From: Rhodothermales bacterium
GTDB taxonomy: Bacteria > Bacteroidota > Rhodothermia > Rhodothermales > JANQRZ01
Assembly: GCA_038232935.1 (NCBI GenBank)
Contig: JBBSMX010000003.1
Span: 6,443 to 70,442, forward strand
Length of the DNA stretch: 64,000 nt
Reading direction: 5' to 3'
How positions within the stretch are numbered: position 1 is the first letter of the stretch; every line of letters begins with the position of its first letter. The notes beneath the pieces were generated by a model that was given only the letters and a program-made list of their open reading frames with translations, was not told the DNA's origin and did not search any database. Shown piece by piece: positions 38,249 to 49,626 of the stretch. The position numbers and the translations under genes were made by a program.

Positions 38249-39739
38249 TCAGCGCACGAGCGTGACCGGCCGCGACGCCTCGAACGTTTCGCCCGTGGCG
38301 CGGACGACGTACGAGCCGCCCGGCAGCCCGGCTGCGTCGAACGTGAGCCGCCGCGTCTCGCCCGCCGCGAGGAGCCCGGTATAGAGTTCCGCCACGCGGC
38401 GGCCCAGCACGTCGAACACCGCCACCTCGACGGGCTGTGCGGTCGGGGCCGTCAGCTCCACCGTCGTGCGTGTGCCGAAGGGGTTCGGATAGGCCGTCAA
38501 CGTGACGCCTTCAGTCGGCGCGGCCGTAGGGCCGGTGCCCGTCGCCTGCCCGAGGCGGGGTTGCAGCACGAACAACCCCCGGCTCATGTCGGAGACGACG
38601 ACGATCCCGCTCTCGAAGAACGGATACACCCCAAACGCGCCGTCGAAGCCGGTCGCGTCGTTCTCCGGGTGCGTGTCGAAAAAGGCCGCTTCCGTGAGCG
38701 TCCCGGCGTCGATCCCGGCGAGGTCGAGGATGCGGAGGCCGGACGTGTAGTTGGCTTGAAACGCGAAGCCGTCGCGGACGAAGAGGTTGTGGTCGGTGGA
38801 GGAGGCCGGGCCGACGTACTCGAACGAGAACGCCGGCTCGTCCAAGTCCGACACGTCGAAGACGAGGGTGCGGGTGTTGGTCGAGAAGGTCGATTCGTCG
38901 AATTCGTCGTCGAGGAGGAAGTGGCGGCCGTCCTCGGTCAGCCACCCCTGGTGGGCGTAGGCCTCGTTCGGGTACGGGGAGTCGGCGATAAGGGTGGGGT
39001 TCTTCTTGTCCGTCACGTCCACAATCGCGAGCGTCCCGGTGCCCGGTGCCGAGCCGAAGCAGACCTCGGATCCCCGGTAGTCAGTGTCGGGGCCGTCATA
39101 GGTCACGCACTGGAGGTCGTGGAACTCGGAGCCGGGGTAGTGGAAGCAGCCGGCGAACGTCGGGCTCTGCGGCTGGCGGACGTCGACGATGTGGAGCCCG
39201 TCGTCGCACGTGCCCGAGCCGGTGAAGACGAGATAGGCGAAGCCCGAGGTTTCGTCGATTGCGATGTTGTGCGGGTCCGTCCCGTCGGTGTAGAGTGCGT
39301 CGGCGGTGAACACGGCAGGGGGACTCGTCACGTTGCGCAGCCGGGTGAGGTCGAACACCTGTACGGGCGCGAGGCCGCTATCGGTGCCGAGGAAGACGTG
39401 GTCCGCGTACACCTTCGCGTCGCGGGCGACGGCCTGCGACGGTGCGGCCAGGGTGCCGACGACGACGGGGGCCATCGGGTCGCTGAGGTCCACGAACGCG
39501 GTGTGGTCGTACTGGTTGATGATCGCGTACTCGACGCCCGTCTCGGGGTCCGTCCACCCCCAGATATCACTGGACGACTGGTTGAAGTCAGGCGTTGCGT
39601 TGAGCGGCAGCCGGGCGAGTAGGTCTACGTCCCGGCATGCATACTCCCCGGCCATCCCGTCCACGCACGGTACAGGCTGGGCCACGGCGAGCGAGGGCAG
39701 CAGGGCGAGGGCGAGCAGCGTGGGGCGCAGACGAGGCAT
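38249..39739 (-). CDS. Choice-of-anchor B / LVIVD-repeat beta-propeller protein with T9SS C-terminal sorting domain (paralog 1)
   Basis: Signal peptide, CVDGMAGEYACRDVDLL, DIWGWTDPETGVEYA, HQGWLTEDGRHF. C-terminus YPNPFGTRTTVEL...VFDVLGRRV...GSYVVR is a T9SS type-A CTD. Confidence 0.85.
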   Translation of the reverse strand: MPRLRPTLLALALLPSLAVAQPVPCVDGMAGEYACRDVDLLARLPLNATPDFNQSSSDIWGWTDPETGVEYAIINQYDHTAFVDLSDPMAPVVVGTLAAPSQAVARDAKVYADHVFLGTDSGLAPVQVFDLTRLRNVTSPPAVFTADALYTDGTDPHNIAIDETSGFAYLVFTGSGTCDDGLHIVDVRQPQSPTFAGCFHYPGSEFHDLQCVTYDGPDTDYRGSEVCFGSAPGTGTLAIVDVTDKKNPTLIADSPYPNEAYAHQGWLTEDGRHFLLDDEFDESTFSTNTRTLVFDVSDLDEPAFSFEYVGPASSTDHNLFVRDGFAFQANYTSGLRILDLAGIDAGTLTEAAFFDTHPENDATGFDGAFGVYPFFESGIVVVSDMSRGLFVLQPRLGQATGTGPTAAPTEGVTLTAYPNPFGTRTTVELTAPTAQPVEVAVFDVLGRRVAELYTGLLAAGETRRLTFDAAGLPGGSYVVRATGETFEASRPVTLVR

Positions 39740-39825
39740 GATGGTGCGGTCGGGTTTAAACGATACGCGGCGGCCCGGCATGGAAGGCCGAACCGCCGCG
39801 CAGTAATCGGGGGAGGGCGGGAGGC

Positions 39826-41343
39826 TTACTCGCCGGCCTCATCCATGGACTCCATCGGCTCGGCGGCCATCCCGAGCGAAGCCGTCACCGGCGCGCTGAA
39901 GGACGTGAGCCCGTCCATGTCGAGGGCGCGGACCCGGAAGGTATGGTTGCCCTCGGCGAGGCTACCGGCGCGGAAGCGGTACATCGTCCGGTCCGACGAG
40001 GCCTGGACCGTCCCGGCCGTCGCCCAGCTTCCGTTCTGCTCGCGCTCGACGACGAACTGCGAGGCCCCGAGCTCCGGCGCGACGGTCCAGCTCAGATCGA
40101 CGCCGCCGTTCCACGGGAACGCCGTGAAGGAGGCCAGCGCGAGGGGCTCGGCCCGCTCGGGGCGGACGATGAAGAGGCCGCTCTGCATGTCGCTGATGAG
40201 CACGGTCCCGCTCGCGAAGTACGGATACGTGCTCCACGCCCCGCCGAACTGGTTGGAGTTGTCGGCCGGGAACGTGTCGAAGAAGGCGATCTCCTTCATT
40301 TCGCCCTTCCCGATGTCCGAGGCGTCGAGGACGCGGAGGCCGATGCGGTAGTTCGCCTCGTAGACGGCGTTGCCGCGCACGTAGAGGTTGTGGTCGATGG
40401 ACGGGTACTCGCTCAGGTGAGGTGCCATGAACTCCGGCGAGTCGAGGTCGGACACATCGAAGATGAGCGTACGCGTGTTGTTTCCGTAGCGCTGCTCGTC
40501 GAGCTCGTCGTTGCCGATGAAGTAGCGCTGGTCTTCGGTCAGCCAGCCCTGGTGGGTGTAGGCCGTGTTCGGGTAGACCGCCTGCGAGAGCTCCACGGTG
40601 TTCTTACGATCCGTCACGTCGACGATGGTGACGGTGTCCTCGTTGGAGGCGAAGCAGATCTCGTGGCCGGTGTAGTCGGTGTCGGGGCCGGTGTAGACGA
40701 CGCACTGCACGTCGTGGGTGTAGCCGTCTGCATCGAAGCAGCCGGCGAAGGTCGGGTTCAGCGGGACCGTCACGTCTACGAGGTGGAGCCCACCGGCGCA
40801 CCCCTCGGACTCGCGGTTGCCGACGATGATGGCGAGGCCGGTCTCCTCGTTGATGGCGACGTTGTGCGACTGACCTACGCGGCCGTAATGCGCGTCCTCG
40901 GTGAAGTCGACCGGCCCCTGCGTCGGAGCGACGTCGCGGAGGCGGGCGAGGTCGAAGACCTGCATCCCGTGGCCGTCGGCCTCGCTCACGATGAAGGCGT
41001 AGCCGCCGTAGACCTTGATGTCCCGCCAGATCGTCGCGACGGTGTGCGTCGGCAGCTTGCCGAGGTAGACGGGGTTCACGGGGTCGCTGATGTCGACGAA
41101 GCCGGTGCCGTCGGCGAGGCCCATGAGGGCGTACTCCTTGCCGGTGACGGGATCGGTCCAGCCCCATACGTCGTTGCCTGCCTCGGCGTTCATCGTCGAG
41201 AGCTTGACGTGGGAGAGGAGGGTGACGTTGCCGCAGGGGTATTCCCCGGCGATCATGCCGGAGTCGTCGCAGGCGATGGACTGAGCCGTGGCAGGAAGCG
41301 CAGCCAGACAGAAGAAGGCGGAGAGGAACAGGAGCGAGCGCAT
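39826..41343 (-). CDS. Choice-of-anchor B / LVIVD-repeat protein, alternative C-terminal domain without T9SS CTD (paralog 2)
   Basis: MRSLLFLSAFFCLAALPATAQ, CDDSGMIAGEYPCGNVTLL, DVWGWTDPVTGKEYA, HQGWLTEDQRYF. The C-terminus is an Ig/Fn3-like segment ending in the acidic tail ...EPMESMDEAGE. Confidence 0.85.
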   Translation of the reverse strand: MRSLLFLSAFFCLAALPATAQSIACDDSGMIAGEYPCGNVTLLSHVKLSTMNAEAGNDVWGWTDPVTGKEYALMGLADGTGFVDISDPVNPVYLGKLPTHTVATIWRDIKVYGGYAFIVSEADGHGMQVFDLARLRDVAPTQGPVDFTEDAHYGRVGQSHNVAINEETGLAIIVGNRESEGCAGGLHLVDVTVPLNPTFAGCFDADGYTHDVQCVVYTGPDTDYTGHEICFASNEDTVTIVDVTDRKNTVELSQAVYPNTAYTHQGWLTEDQRYFIGNDELDEQRYGNNTRTLIFDVSDLDSPEFMAPHLSEYPSIDHNLYVRGNAVYEANYRIGLRVLDASDIGKGEMKEIAFFDTFPADNSNQFGGAWSTYPYFASGTVLISDMQSGLFIVRPERAEPLALASFTAFPWNGGVDLSWTVAPELGASQFVVEREQNGSWATAGTVQASSDRTMYRFRAGSLAEGNHTFRVRALDMDGLTSFSAPVTASLGMAAEPMESMDEAGE

Positions 41344-41492
41344 GGGCAGAGGCAAGTTGGAAGGCTGAGCGGGCGGGGCGCGTCCGCCGGGCAAGGGGAG
41401 AACGGGTGCGAAGCTACAAACGTATCGTCGCCGACCGAAGTTCGGCCGGCGACGATACACGAGGGACGGTCTGGCGTTGCAGGACGGCCGGG

Positions 41493-42998
41493 CTAGCGTG
41501 TGAGCGCTACCTGCCGGGTCTCGCTGAAGCCCTCGCCGGTGACGCGGACGAAGTAGAGCCCGGCCGGAAGCGCGCTCCCGTCGAAGACGAACGAGCGTTG
41601 CTGGCCGGCTCCGAGCGTACCGTGGAAGAGGTCCGCCACGCGGCGGCCGAGCACATCGAACACGGCGACATCGACGTCCTGCGTATCGCCGAGCGTAAGC
41701 TCGAACTGCGTGCGGTCGGTGAACGGGTTCGGGTACGCCTGCGTGAGCGCGAACGTGCCGGGCGCCGTCGTGTCGACCGCATCGGTGGGGTTGCCGGGGA
41801 GCTGCGGCTCGAGGACGAAGAGGCCACCGCCCTGATCGCTCACGATCACGATCCCGCTCTCGAAGTACGGGTAGTTGCTCCACGAGCCGCCCCCGAACCC
41901 ACTGGCATCGTTCGGCGGGTACGTGTCGAAGGACGCGATTTCCACTACCGGACCGCCACCGGAGATCAGACGCCCGAGGTCGACGATGCGGAGGCCGGAC
42001 GTGTAGTTGGACTGGTACGCGTAGCGCCCCTTGACGTAGAGGTTGTGGTCCGTGGAGGCGGTCGGGTGGAAGTACTCACGCAGGAACTCCGGCGAATCGA
42101 GGTCGCTCACGTCGAAGACGAGGGTGCGCGTGTTGAAGCCGAAGTTGAGCTCATCAATCTCGTCGTTGGCGATGAAGTAGCGCTGGTCTTCGGTCAGCCA
42201 GCCCTGGTGGGTGTAGGCGTCGTTGGGATAGGGAATTTGCGACACCTGAACGGGGTTTGATTTGTCCGTCACGTCGACAATCGTGACGACAGGATCGTTT
42301 GCTGCCATGCAGATCTCGCTCCCGGTGTAATCGGTGTCGGGGCCGTCATAGACGACGCACTGCACATCGTGGATGTAGCCGTCCTGGCTGAAGCAGCCCG
42401 CGAAGGTCGGGTTCTCCGGGTCTTGGATATCGACCATGTGGAGGCCGCCGGAGCACCCCGATTCTGACCCGCCCCCAGCACCGACGATGTAAGCGAATCC
42501 GGTTTCTTCGTTGATGGCGATGTTGTGCGAGGAGCCGATCCCGTCGTAGTGCGCCGTCTCCGAGAACGTCGTCGGGCTCGTCATCCCACGGAGCTGGGTC
42601 AAATCAAAGACCTGCACGCCGTGGTTGCTCGCCTCGCTCACGATGAAGGCGTGGTCGGCGTACACCTTGATGTCACGCCAGGTCGAGGTCTGGGTGTGGG
42701 TAGGGAGCGTGCCGAGGTAGACCGGGCTGGTCGGGATGGAGACGTCGACGAAGGCCGTGCCATTCCCGAGACCCACGAGGGCGTACTCGTTCCCCGTCGT
42801 GGGGTCCGTCCATCCCCAGATGTCGTTGGCGTAGGACGCGTTCATCTGGGGGAGCGTGACGCGGCCGAGCAGGTCGACGGAGGCACAGGGGAAGCTATCG
42901 GCGAAGCCGTTCACGCAGGCCACTTGCTGTGCGGTTGCATTCGGGACGAGGAGGAGGGCGAGCAGCAGGAGCGAGCAGGCCGAAGCAAAACGGTTCAT
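41493..42998 (-). CDS. Choice-of-anchor B / LVIVD-repeat protein with T9SS C-terminal sorting domain (paralog 3)
   Basis: MNRFASACSLLLLALLLVPNATAQ, CVNGFADSFPCASVDLL, DIWGWTDPTTGNEYA, HQGWLTEDQRYF. C-terminus YPNPFTDRTQFEL...VFDVLGRRV...GLYFVR. Confidence 0.85.
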   Translation of the reverse strand: MNRFASACSLLLLALLLVPNATAQQVACVNGFADSFPCASVDLLGRVTLPQMNASYANDIWGWTDPTTGNEYALVGLGNGTAFVDVSIPTSPVYLGTLPTHTQTSTWRDIKVYADHAFIVSEASNHGVQVFDLTQLRGMTSPTTFSETAHYDGIGSSHNIAINEETGFAYIVGAGGGSESGCSGGLHMVDIQDPENPTFAGCFSQDGYIHDVQCVVYDGPDTDYTGSEICMAANDPVVTIVDVTDKSNPVQVSQIPYPNDAYTHQGWLTEDQRYFIANDEIDELNFGFNTRTLVFDVSDLDSPEFLREYFHPTASTDHNLYVKGRYAYQSNYTSGLRIVDLGRLISGGGPVVEIASFDTYPPNDASGFGGGSWSNYPYFESGIVIVSDQGGGLFVLEPQLPGNPTDAVDTTAPGTFALTQAYPNPFTDRTQFELTLGDTQDVDVAVFDVLGRRVADLFHGTLGAGQQRSFVFDGSALPAGLYFVRVTGEGFSETRQVALTR

Positions 42999-43047
42999 CC
43001 GGGTAGGGGTCGAGTTTAGTTGGTGGATTTCGGGGCCGAGGGAGGGA

Positions 43048-43554
43048 CTACGGTGCAGCAAGACGCTGATACGGCGCACCCTCGAAGCGGTTCGCGGTGC
43101 GGTTTTTTCTGACATCGTCGGCACGGAACACGCGGCCGTTCATGGCGACGAAGATGCCCGGCGGGAGGAGCTGCACGGCGGCCACCGCGAACCCGATGTT
43201 GAACTCGGCGTCCGTTCCTTTGAACCGCGCCGGGCTGAGGGAGCCGACGAACACGACGGTCTTACCCCCCGTGTCGCCGAGTGCGCGGGCCGTCTCCACC
43301 ATCGTGTCGGTGCCGTGGGTGATGAGGATGCGGGGGCAAGACTCGGCGCGCACGTGCTCCGCGATGAGTGCGCGGTCGGCGTCGGTGAGGTCCAGGCTGT
43401 CCTTTCGCATCAGCGTCTCCACCTCGACCTCCACCGTCGCCCCCACGTCGCGGAGGATCTCGCGGACCTGCGGGTCGCCCACTTCGTAGTCGCTGCGGGC
43501 GTCGAAGTAGATTTTGTCAATCGTGCCGCCGGTGGTGAAGACCTTGATGCACAC
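43048..43554 (-). CDS. Short asparaginase-domain protein (168 aa)
   Basis: (GTG)CIKVFTTGGTIDK... carries the asparaginase N-terminal TGGTI nucleophile motif, plus ILITHGTDTMVETA. Start GTG 43554 inferred. Confidence 0.65.
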   Translation of the reverse strand: MCIKVFTTGGTIDKIYFDARSDYEVGDPQVREILRDVGATVEVEVETLMRKDSLDLTDADRALIAEHVRAESCPRILITHGTDTMVETARALGDTGGKTVVFVGSLSPARFKGTDAEFNIGFAVAAVQLLPPGIFVAMNGRVFRADDVRKNRTANRFEGAPYQRLAAP

Positions 43555-43651
43555 GCGGGTTCGGGTTCGGGAGTCGGATATCGGTAGGAGGCGGAAGCTA
43601 CGGCAGTGTCCGGCGATCTGCTGCACGATGATCGGCCCGTCCCGCGGTCGC

Positions 43652-43972
43652 TCAGTTGGTAGGCACGGTAGCACGCTGATCGCTGAGGAGCCGGTCGAGC
43701 GCGCGTTCGTAGAGCGGTTGGTAGGTGGCGGGGTGGCGGGCATAGTAGTCGAGCGCGCGGTGGAAGGCGACGGTGTCGGTGCCGACTTCGGCGAGGGCAG
43801 CGGCGCGGAGGCTGTCGCGCGGTTCGCCCGTCCGCGAAGCCCTCGCATCGGCGAGGTGGGTTCCGACGAGCACCTCGACCATGAGGCTGTCCGAGAGGCC
43901 GGGGGCGGACGGCCCCCGTGCATCGCAGCCGGCCCAGAGCAGGAGCCCGAGACACAGCGTGGGCCTACGCAT
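43652..43972 (-). CDS. DUF4296-like lipoprotein
   Basis: MRRPTLCLGLLLWAGC lipobox; 106 aa. The start overlaps the upstream stop by 8 nt. Confidence 0.6.
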   Translation of the reverse strand: MRRPTLCLGLLLWAGCDARGPSAPGLSDSLMVEVLVGTHLADARASRTGEPRDSLRAAALAEVGTDTVAFHRALDYYARHPATYQPLYERALDRLLSDQRATVPTN

Positions 43973-44306
43973 CCACCTGTGTCAGTACGTCCTCCGGTAC
44001 GTCTACCTCCATGCGGAGGAGGTGGGCGGCGTACGTCTTGCCCTGCGCGTCGAGCTTGAGCGAGACGGTGCCGCCGCCGCCGAGCGCTTCGTGCAGCAGG
44101 AAGTTCAGCGCACCCAGATTCTCTAACTCGAAGCGCTCCACCTCGCCTGCGCACATCGGGCCGAAGTGTGCCTTGACGCGCTCGGCGGTGACGTACTCGC
44201 GCAGGAACGGATAGACCTTCGGGTCGCGGGCGATCAGCCCGACGTTGACGGCGTCACCCTTGTCGCCGCTGCGGGCGTGGGCGATGTCCAGGAGTTTCGT
44301 TTTCAA
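43965..44306 (-). CDS. Small conserved protein resembling the AtuA/DUF1446-associated C-terminal (ferredoxin-fold) module
   Basis: (TTG)KTKLLDIAHARSGDKGDAVNVGLIARD... The motif AHARSGDKGD is recalled from AtuA-family proteins. Start TTG 44306 inferred; no ATG is available upstream of the motif. Confidence 0.5.
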   Translation of the reverse strand: MKTKLLDIAHARSGDKGDAVNVGLIARDPKVYPFLREYVTAERVKAHFGPMCAGEVERFELENLGALNFLLHEALGGGGTVSLKLDAQGKTYAAHLLRMEVDVPEDVLTQVDA

Positions 44307-44350
44307 CGGCTCGATGGGGTTGTAGGGGTGAGGCCCGAAGATAGCAGCGG

Positions 44351-45304
44351 CTACGGGATGATTTTGTCGATGGGGTACTCGAGAATCCCCTCGGCCCCGG
44401 CGCGTTTCAGTTCGGGGATGAGGCGGCGCACCTGCCGCTCTTCGATCACCGTCTCCACGGCCAGCCACCCGTCTGAGAACAGGGGCGAGACGGTCGGGGT
44501 GCGGAGCGCGGGGAGCAGCTCGACGATCCGATTCACATTCTCCTTTCGAACGTTCATCTTGAGCCCGACGCGACCCTCGGCGCGGATGGCCCCGTCCATC
44601 AGGAGCGCGATGTTCTCGATTTTCTCCCGCTTCCACGGGTCCGCCCACGCTGCTTTGTTGGCGATGAGCTGCGTGTTTGATTCGAGCAGGACTTCGACGA
44701 TGCGGAGGTTGTTGGCCCGGAGCGAGTTGCCCGTCTCCGTCACCTCGACGATGGCGTCCACGAGGTCCGGCGCTTTCACCTCCGTCGCGCCCCATGAGAA
44801 CTCCACGTCGGCCTCGACGCCGTTGTCGGCCAGCCAGCGCTTCGTGAGGTTCACGACTTCGGTGGCGATCCGCTTGCCCGCGAGGTCGTGGACGCTGTGG
44901 ATGTCCGAGTCGGCGGGCACGGCGAGCACCCAGCGGACCGGCCGCATCGACGCCTTCGAGTAGATGAGGTCGGCGACGACGTGGACATCGGCGTCCGTCT
45001 CGGCGATCCAGTCGAGTCCAGTGATGCCGGCGTCGAACACGCCGTCCTCGACGTAGCGCGCCATCTCCTGCGCGCGGACGAGCATGGCCGTCAGCTCGTC
45101 GTCGTCGATGGAGGGGAAGTAGGAGCGGCTGGCGACGGAGAAGTGGAAGCCCGCTTTTGCGAGGAGGTCGAACGTGGACGCCTGGAGGCTGCCTTTGGGC
45201 AGGCCGAGGCGGAGCACCTGTGTTTCGGCGGTACCATTCGTGGAGGTCGAGGCGGGAGCGGTTTTGACAGGCATGCGAGAAGGGATAAGGGAGTGACGTG
45301 ACAT
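44351..45304 (-). CDS. hisG: ATP phosphoribosyltransferase (long form)
   Basis: [11 protein letters not shown]...[38 protein letters not shown]. Alternative ATG at 45274. Confidence 0.9.
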   Translation of the reverse strand: MSRHSLIPSRMPVKTAPASTSTNGTAETQVLRLGLPKGSLQASTFDLLAKAGFHFSVASRSYFPSIDDDELTAMLVRAQEMARYVEDGVFDAGITGLDWIAETDADVHVVADLIYSKASMRPVRWVLAVPADSDIHSVHDLAGKRIATEVVNLTKRWLADNGVEADVEFSWGATEVKAPDLVDAIVEVTETGNSLRANNLRIVEVLLESNTQLIANKAAWADPWKREKIENIALLMDGAIRAEGRVGLKMNVRKENVNRIVELLPALRTPTVSPLFSDGWLAVETVIEERQVRRLIPELKRAGAEGILEYPIDKIIP

Positions 45305-45306
45305 GG

Positions 45307-45332
45307 GTAGCGGGTTTCAAACCCGCCCCTAC
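45307..45332. repeat. REP-like palindrome gtagcgggtttcaaacccgcccctac
   Basis: Stem gcgggtt/aacccgc. Lies in the 33-nt DUF4837-hisG spacer. Confidence 0.6.
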
Positions 45333-45337
45333 GGAGG

Positions 45338-46507
45338 TTATTCGGAAGGCGGAGGATCGGAGCCGGCGACGACTTCGGCTCCGTTCGTGCCCGAGGTGCG
45401 GAAGGTGTACGCGATGGCTTCCATCTGGCGGAGGAACTCGCGCTTCTCGGCACTGGTGTAGCGTGGGGCGTAGATCATCCCGTCGATGAGGTAAAAGCGG
45501 CCGGTGTCCTCGTCGAAAAAGGCGTAGCTCACGAACGGGCCGCCCATGAAATCGCCGGTCATCCGCCACGTCCCGCGCGTCTCGATCGCGAAGCGCCCGG
45601 CGAGGTTGACGGTGTCCGTCTCTATGGGCCGCCGCACGAGGTCCCGGTCCTCGATGGCGATGTAGCTCTCGGGGAAGCTCCCGCGCACGAACCGCTCGGT
45701 GAGCCGGTTGCGGAGGGCGCGGACGGAGTCGGGCTGGAGCCGCTCCAGGCGGGGGTCCTCCTCGAAGTAGACGAACATGTCGCGCCACGAGTCCTGCCCG
45801 GCCAGCCGGCGGAGGCGGACGAACGTGCCGCGCTCGCCGCTGGCGGTGAGGAACGTGGTGTCCTGCGCGAGGACGTAGTCGTGCTGGACGTTGACGGCGA
45901 ACCCGTACTCATCCAAGAGCCGCTGCTCAGCCCCGACCCGCTCGCCCTTCTCGAACATGTCTTCGGTGAGGCGTCGCCGCGCGAGGCGGTCGAACGAGGC
46001 GCGGAGTTCGTCGCCTCCCGCACGGATCTGCTGCGCGAGTGCGCTGTCACTCGGGGCGGTGGCGTAGACAATGAGTTGGTCGCGCATCCAGAGGTCGTCT
46101 CGCTCGATGAGGCCGCGCCCGCCACGTTCGAGCGCGGCGACGCCCGCCGAGTCCAGCCGGGCGCGGATGAACCGGGCCGTCGCCGTAGTGTCCGTGAACG
46201 GCGCGGCGAAGACGACGCTGTGCTGGCGGCGGATGCCGTCGAGGGCGTAGTCGCTCAGCGACTGCCGCGTGAGGGTGAAGGCGGGGGTCGGCTGCGGTAG
46301 GGTGAGGGCCTCGCGGCCGAGCGTCGCACGGAGGGCCTCGCCGACCGGCCCGTTCCACGTCGCCGAGTCCGTGACGACCACCACCTCACCCGTCTTGCCG
46401 ACGGCGAGCGGCTTGTAGTTGGAGAGTTCGTTACACCCGGCGAGCAGGAGCACCACGAGGGCAGCCGGGGCGAGAAGAACGGCGAGAAGGGAGCGTCGTC
46501 GGTTCAT
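45338..46507 (-). CDS. DUF4837-like lipoprotein
   Basis: [25 protein letters not shown] lipobox; 389 aa. The start overlaps the trpA stop (ATGA). Confidence 0.7.
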   Translation of the reverse strand: MNRRRSLLAVLLAPAALVVLLLAGCNELSNYKPLAVGKTGEVVVVTDSATWNGPVGEALRATLGREALTLPQPTPAFTLTRQSLSDYALDGIRRQHSVVFAAPFTDTTATARFIRARLDSAGVAALERGGRGLIERDDLWMRDQLIVYATAPSDSALAQQIRAGGDELRASFDRLARRRLTEDMFEKGERVGAEQRLLDEYGFAVNVQHDYVLAQDTTFLTASGERGTFVRLRRLAGQDSWRDMFVYFEEDPRLERLQPDSVRALRNRLTERFVRGSFPESYIAIEDRDLVRRPIETDTVNLAGRFAIETRGTWRMTGDFMGGPFVSYAFFDEDTGRFYLIDGMIYAPRYTSAEKREFLRQMEAIAYTFRTSGTNGAEVVAGSDPPPSE

Positions 46508-47331
46508 GCGTGGGGGACGGTCGGTCCGAATTTTAGTTCGTGCGCGAAGGCGCGGACGCGCTCCAGCCGCTCCGGCTCGGTCAGCGCCGGGTCGTTCCAG
46601 AGCGCTTCGACCGTGCGGATGAGCGCGCTGCCGACGATGAAGCCGTCGGTGTGCGCGCTGAGGCGGAGGGCGTCCGCGTGCGTCCTAATGCCAAACCCGA
46701 CGAGGAGCGGATTGTTGTGGACGAAGCGGCAGGTGCGGGCCAAATACGCGGAGATTCCATCTAAAGCGCTGATGTTGCTTCCCGTAAGCCCCGTTGTCGA
46801 GACGGCGTAGACGAACGCCGAGGCGCGCTCGTCCACGAGCCGCACACGCGCTTCCGAAGTGTTGGGGGCGACGAGAAACACGAGACCGAGTCCGGCTTCG
46901 GTTGCCGCGTCTTGGATGAGATCGGCCTCTTCGGGGGGGAGATCGGGGAGGATGAGTCCATCCACCCCAGAAGACCACGCGTCGCGGCAGAAGTTGCCCA
47001 CGCCGTAGCGGAGCACCGGGTTGACGTAGCCCATCAGCAGGAGCGGCGTCTCGCTCTCGGCGCGGAACTGCTCTGCCGTGCGGAACGCGTCGGCCATCGT
47101 CACGCCGTGACGGAGGGCGCGCTCGGATGCGTACTGGATCGGGAGCCCTTCGGCGAGCGGGTCGGAGAACGGCATCCCGAGCTCGATGAAGTCGGCCCCG
47201 GCCTCGTCCACGGCGCGGAGGATGGGGAGCGTGGCGTCCGGGTGCGGGAAGCCGTTTGTGAGGAACAGGCCCATCGCCATCTCGCCTCGGGCGCGGCACG
47301 CGTCGAGGGCAATGCGGAGTCGGTCGGTCAT
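46504..47331 (-). CDS. trpA: Tryptophan synthase alpha chain
   Basis: [40 protein letters not shown]..., LLMGYVNP, and GFGI near the C-terminus. ATG 47331. Confidence 0.95.
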   Translation of the reverse strand: MTDRLRIALDACRARGEMAMGLFLTNGFPHPDATLPILRAVDEAGADFIELGMPFSDPLAEGLPIQYASERALRHGVTMADAFRTAEQFRAESETPLLLMGYVNPVLRYGVGNFCRDAWSSGVDGLILPDLPPEEADLIQDAATEAGLGLVFLVAPNTSEARVRLVDERASAFVYAVSTTGLTGSNISALDGISAYLARTCRFVHNNPLLVGFGIRTHADALRLSAHTDGFIVGSALIRTVEALWNDPALTEPERLERVRAFAHELKFGPTVPHA

Positions 47332-47770
47332 CGCTGGTAGAGAGTCGGACGGTCGATGACCATGAAGCGTTCGGGGAACGGTGCGCGAACGAAGCCGACC
47401 TTTTCGTACAGCCCATGCGCGTCCTGCGTGGTGAGCAGAAACCGCCGGAGTCTCTGCAAGTCGGGGTGTTCGAGGACGCATGCCATCAGCCACACGCCGA
47501 GGCCGTGTCCTCGGTAGGCTTCCAGCACGTACACGTCGCAGAGGTACGCGAACGTCGCCCGGTCGGTGATGACGCGGGCGAAGCCGATCTGCTCGGTCTC
47601 GGCATACAGCCCGAAGCAGAGCGAGCCCCGGATCGAGCGCTCGACCGTCTCGAACGGAATCCCCTTCGCCCAGTACGAGCGCGTGAGATAGGCGTGGATT
47701 GCCCCGGGGTCGAGCCGAGCCGGATCGCCGGAGATGGTGAAGCCGCCGCGGGTACGGGTGAAGAAGTCCG

Positions 47771-47774
<4 letters not shown>
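47328..47774 (-). CDS. GNAT family N-acetyltransferase
   Basis: 148 aa. [17 protein letters not shown]...HGLYEKVGF is the acetyl-CoA-binding motif A/B. GTG start overlaps the trpB stop (GTGA); the stop overlaps the trpA start (ATGA). Confidence 0.85.
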
Positions 47775-48978
<1,204 letters not shown>

Positions 48979-48979
<1 letters not shown>

Positions 48980-49623
48980 CACTCGGCCTCCACGGCGTTG
49001 CGGTACGCTTCGAAGAAGTCGTAGAGCTTGTCGAAGTCCTTCACGCCGGGCTCGGACTCGACCGACGACGAGAGGTCCACGGCGTAGGGCCGCATCGTGT
49101 CGATGGCTTCCTGCACGTTCCCCGCGTCGATGCCGCCGGCGAGGAAGAGGGGGAACTCCCCGGCGAGGTCGCGCGCGAGCCGCCAGTTGAAGCTCTCGCC
49201 GGTCCCGCCCCACAGGCTCGTCTTGTGCGTGTCGAGCAGGAAGAAGTCGGCGATGTCTTTGTACGGCAGCATGAGCGCGCGGAGTTGTTCGGACGAGGCG
49301 TCGTGCTGGACGCGGAAGGACTTGATTGTTGGCACCTCAATAGCCTCGACGACTTCGGGCGGCTCGTGCCCGTGCAGCTGCGCGAGCGTGAACCCGACCT
49401 CGGCGCACCGCGTGTTGATGGTCGCCGCATCCTCGTTCACGAACACGCCGACCGCCTCGATGCCATCGACCCATCCGATGATCTCTTTCGCCGCTTTCGG
49501 TTCGAGGTAGCGCGGGCTGTCGGGGTACTGGATGAAGCCGAGGTAGTCCGCGCCGGCGCCGGCGCAGTAGCGGGCGTCGGCGAGGCGGGTGATGCCGCAG
49601 ATTTTGACTTTCGTGGGGGGCAT
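48979..49623 (-). CDS. trpF: Phosphoribosylanthranilate isomerase
   Basis: [26 protein letters not shown]..., LAGGI. The stop overlaps the trpB ATG by 1 nt (TGATG). Confidence 0.9.
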
Positions 49624-49626
49624 GCG

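Noticed and set aside
45305-45337. Possible His leader/attenuator upstream of hisG.
   Set aside because: Only 33 nt separate DUF4837 and hisG. That spacer is occupied by a REP-like palindrome, and there is no run of His codons and no U-tract.
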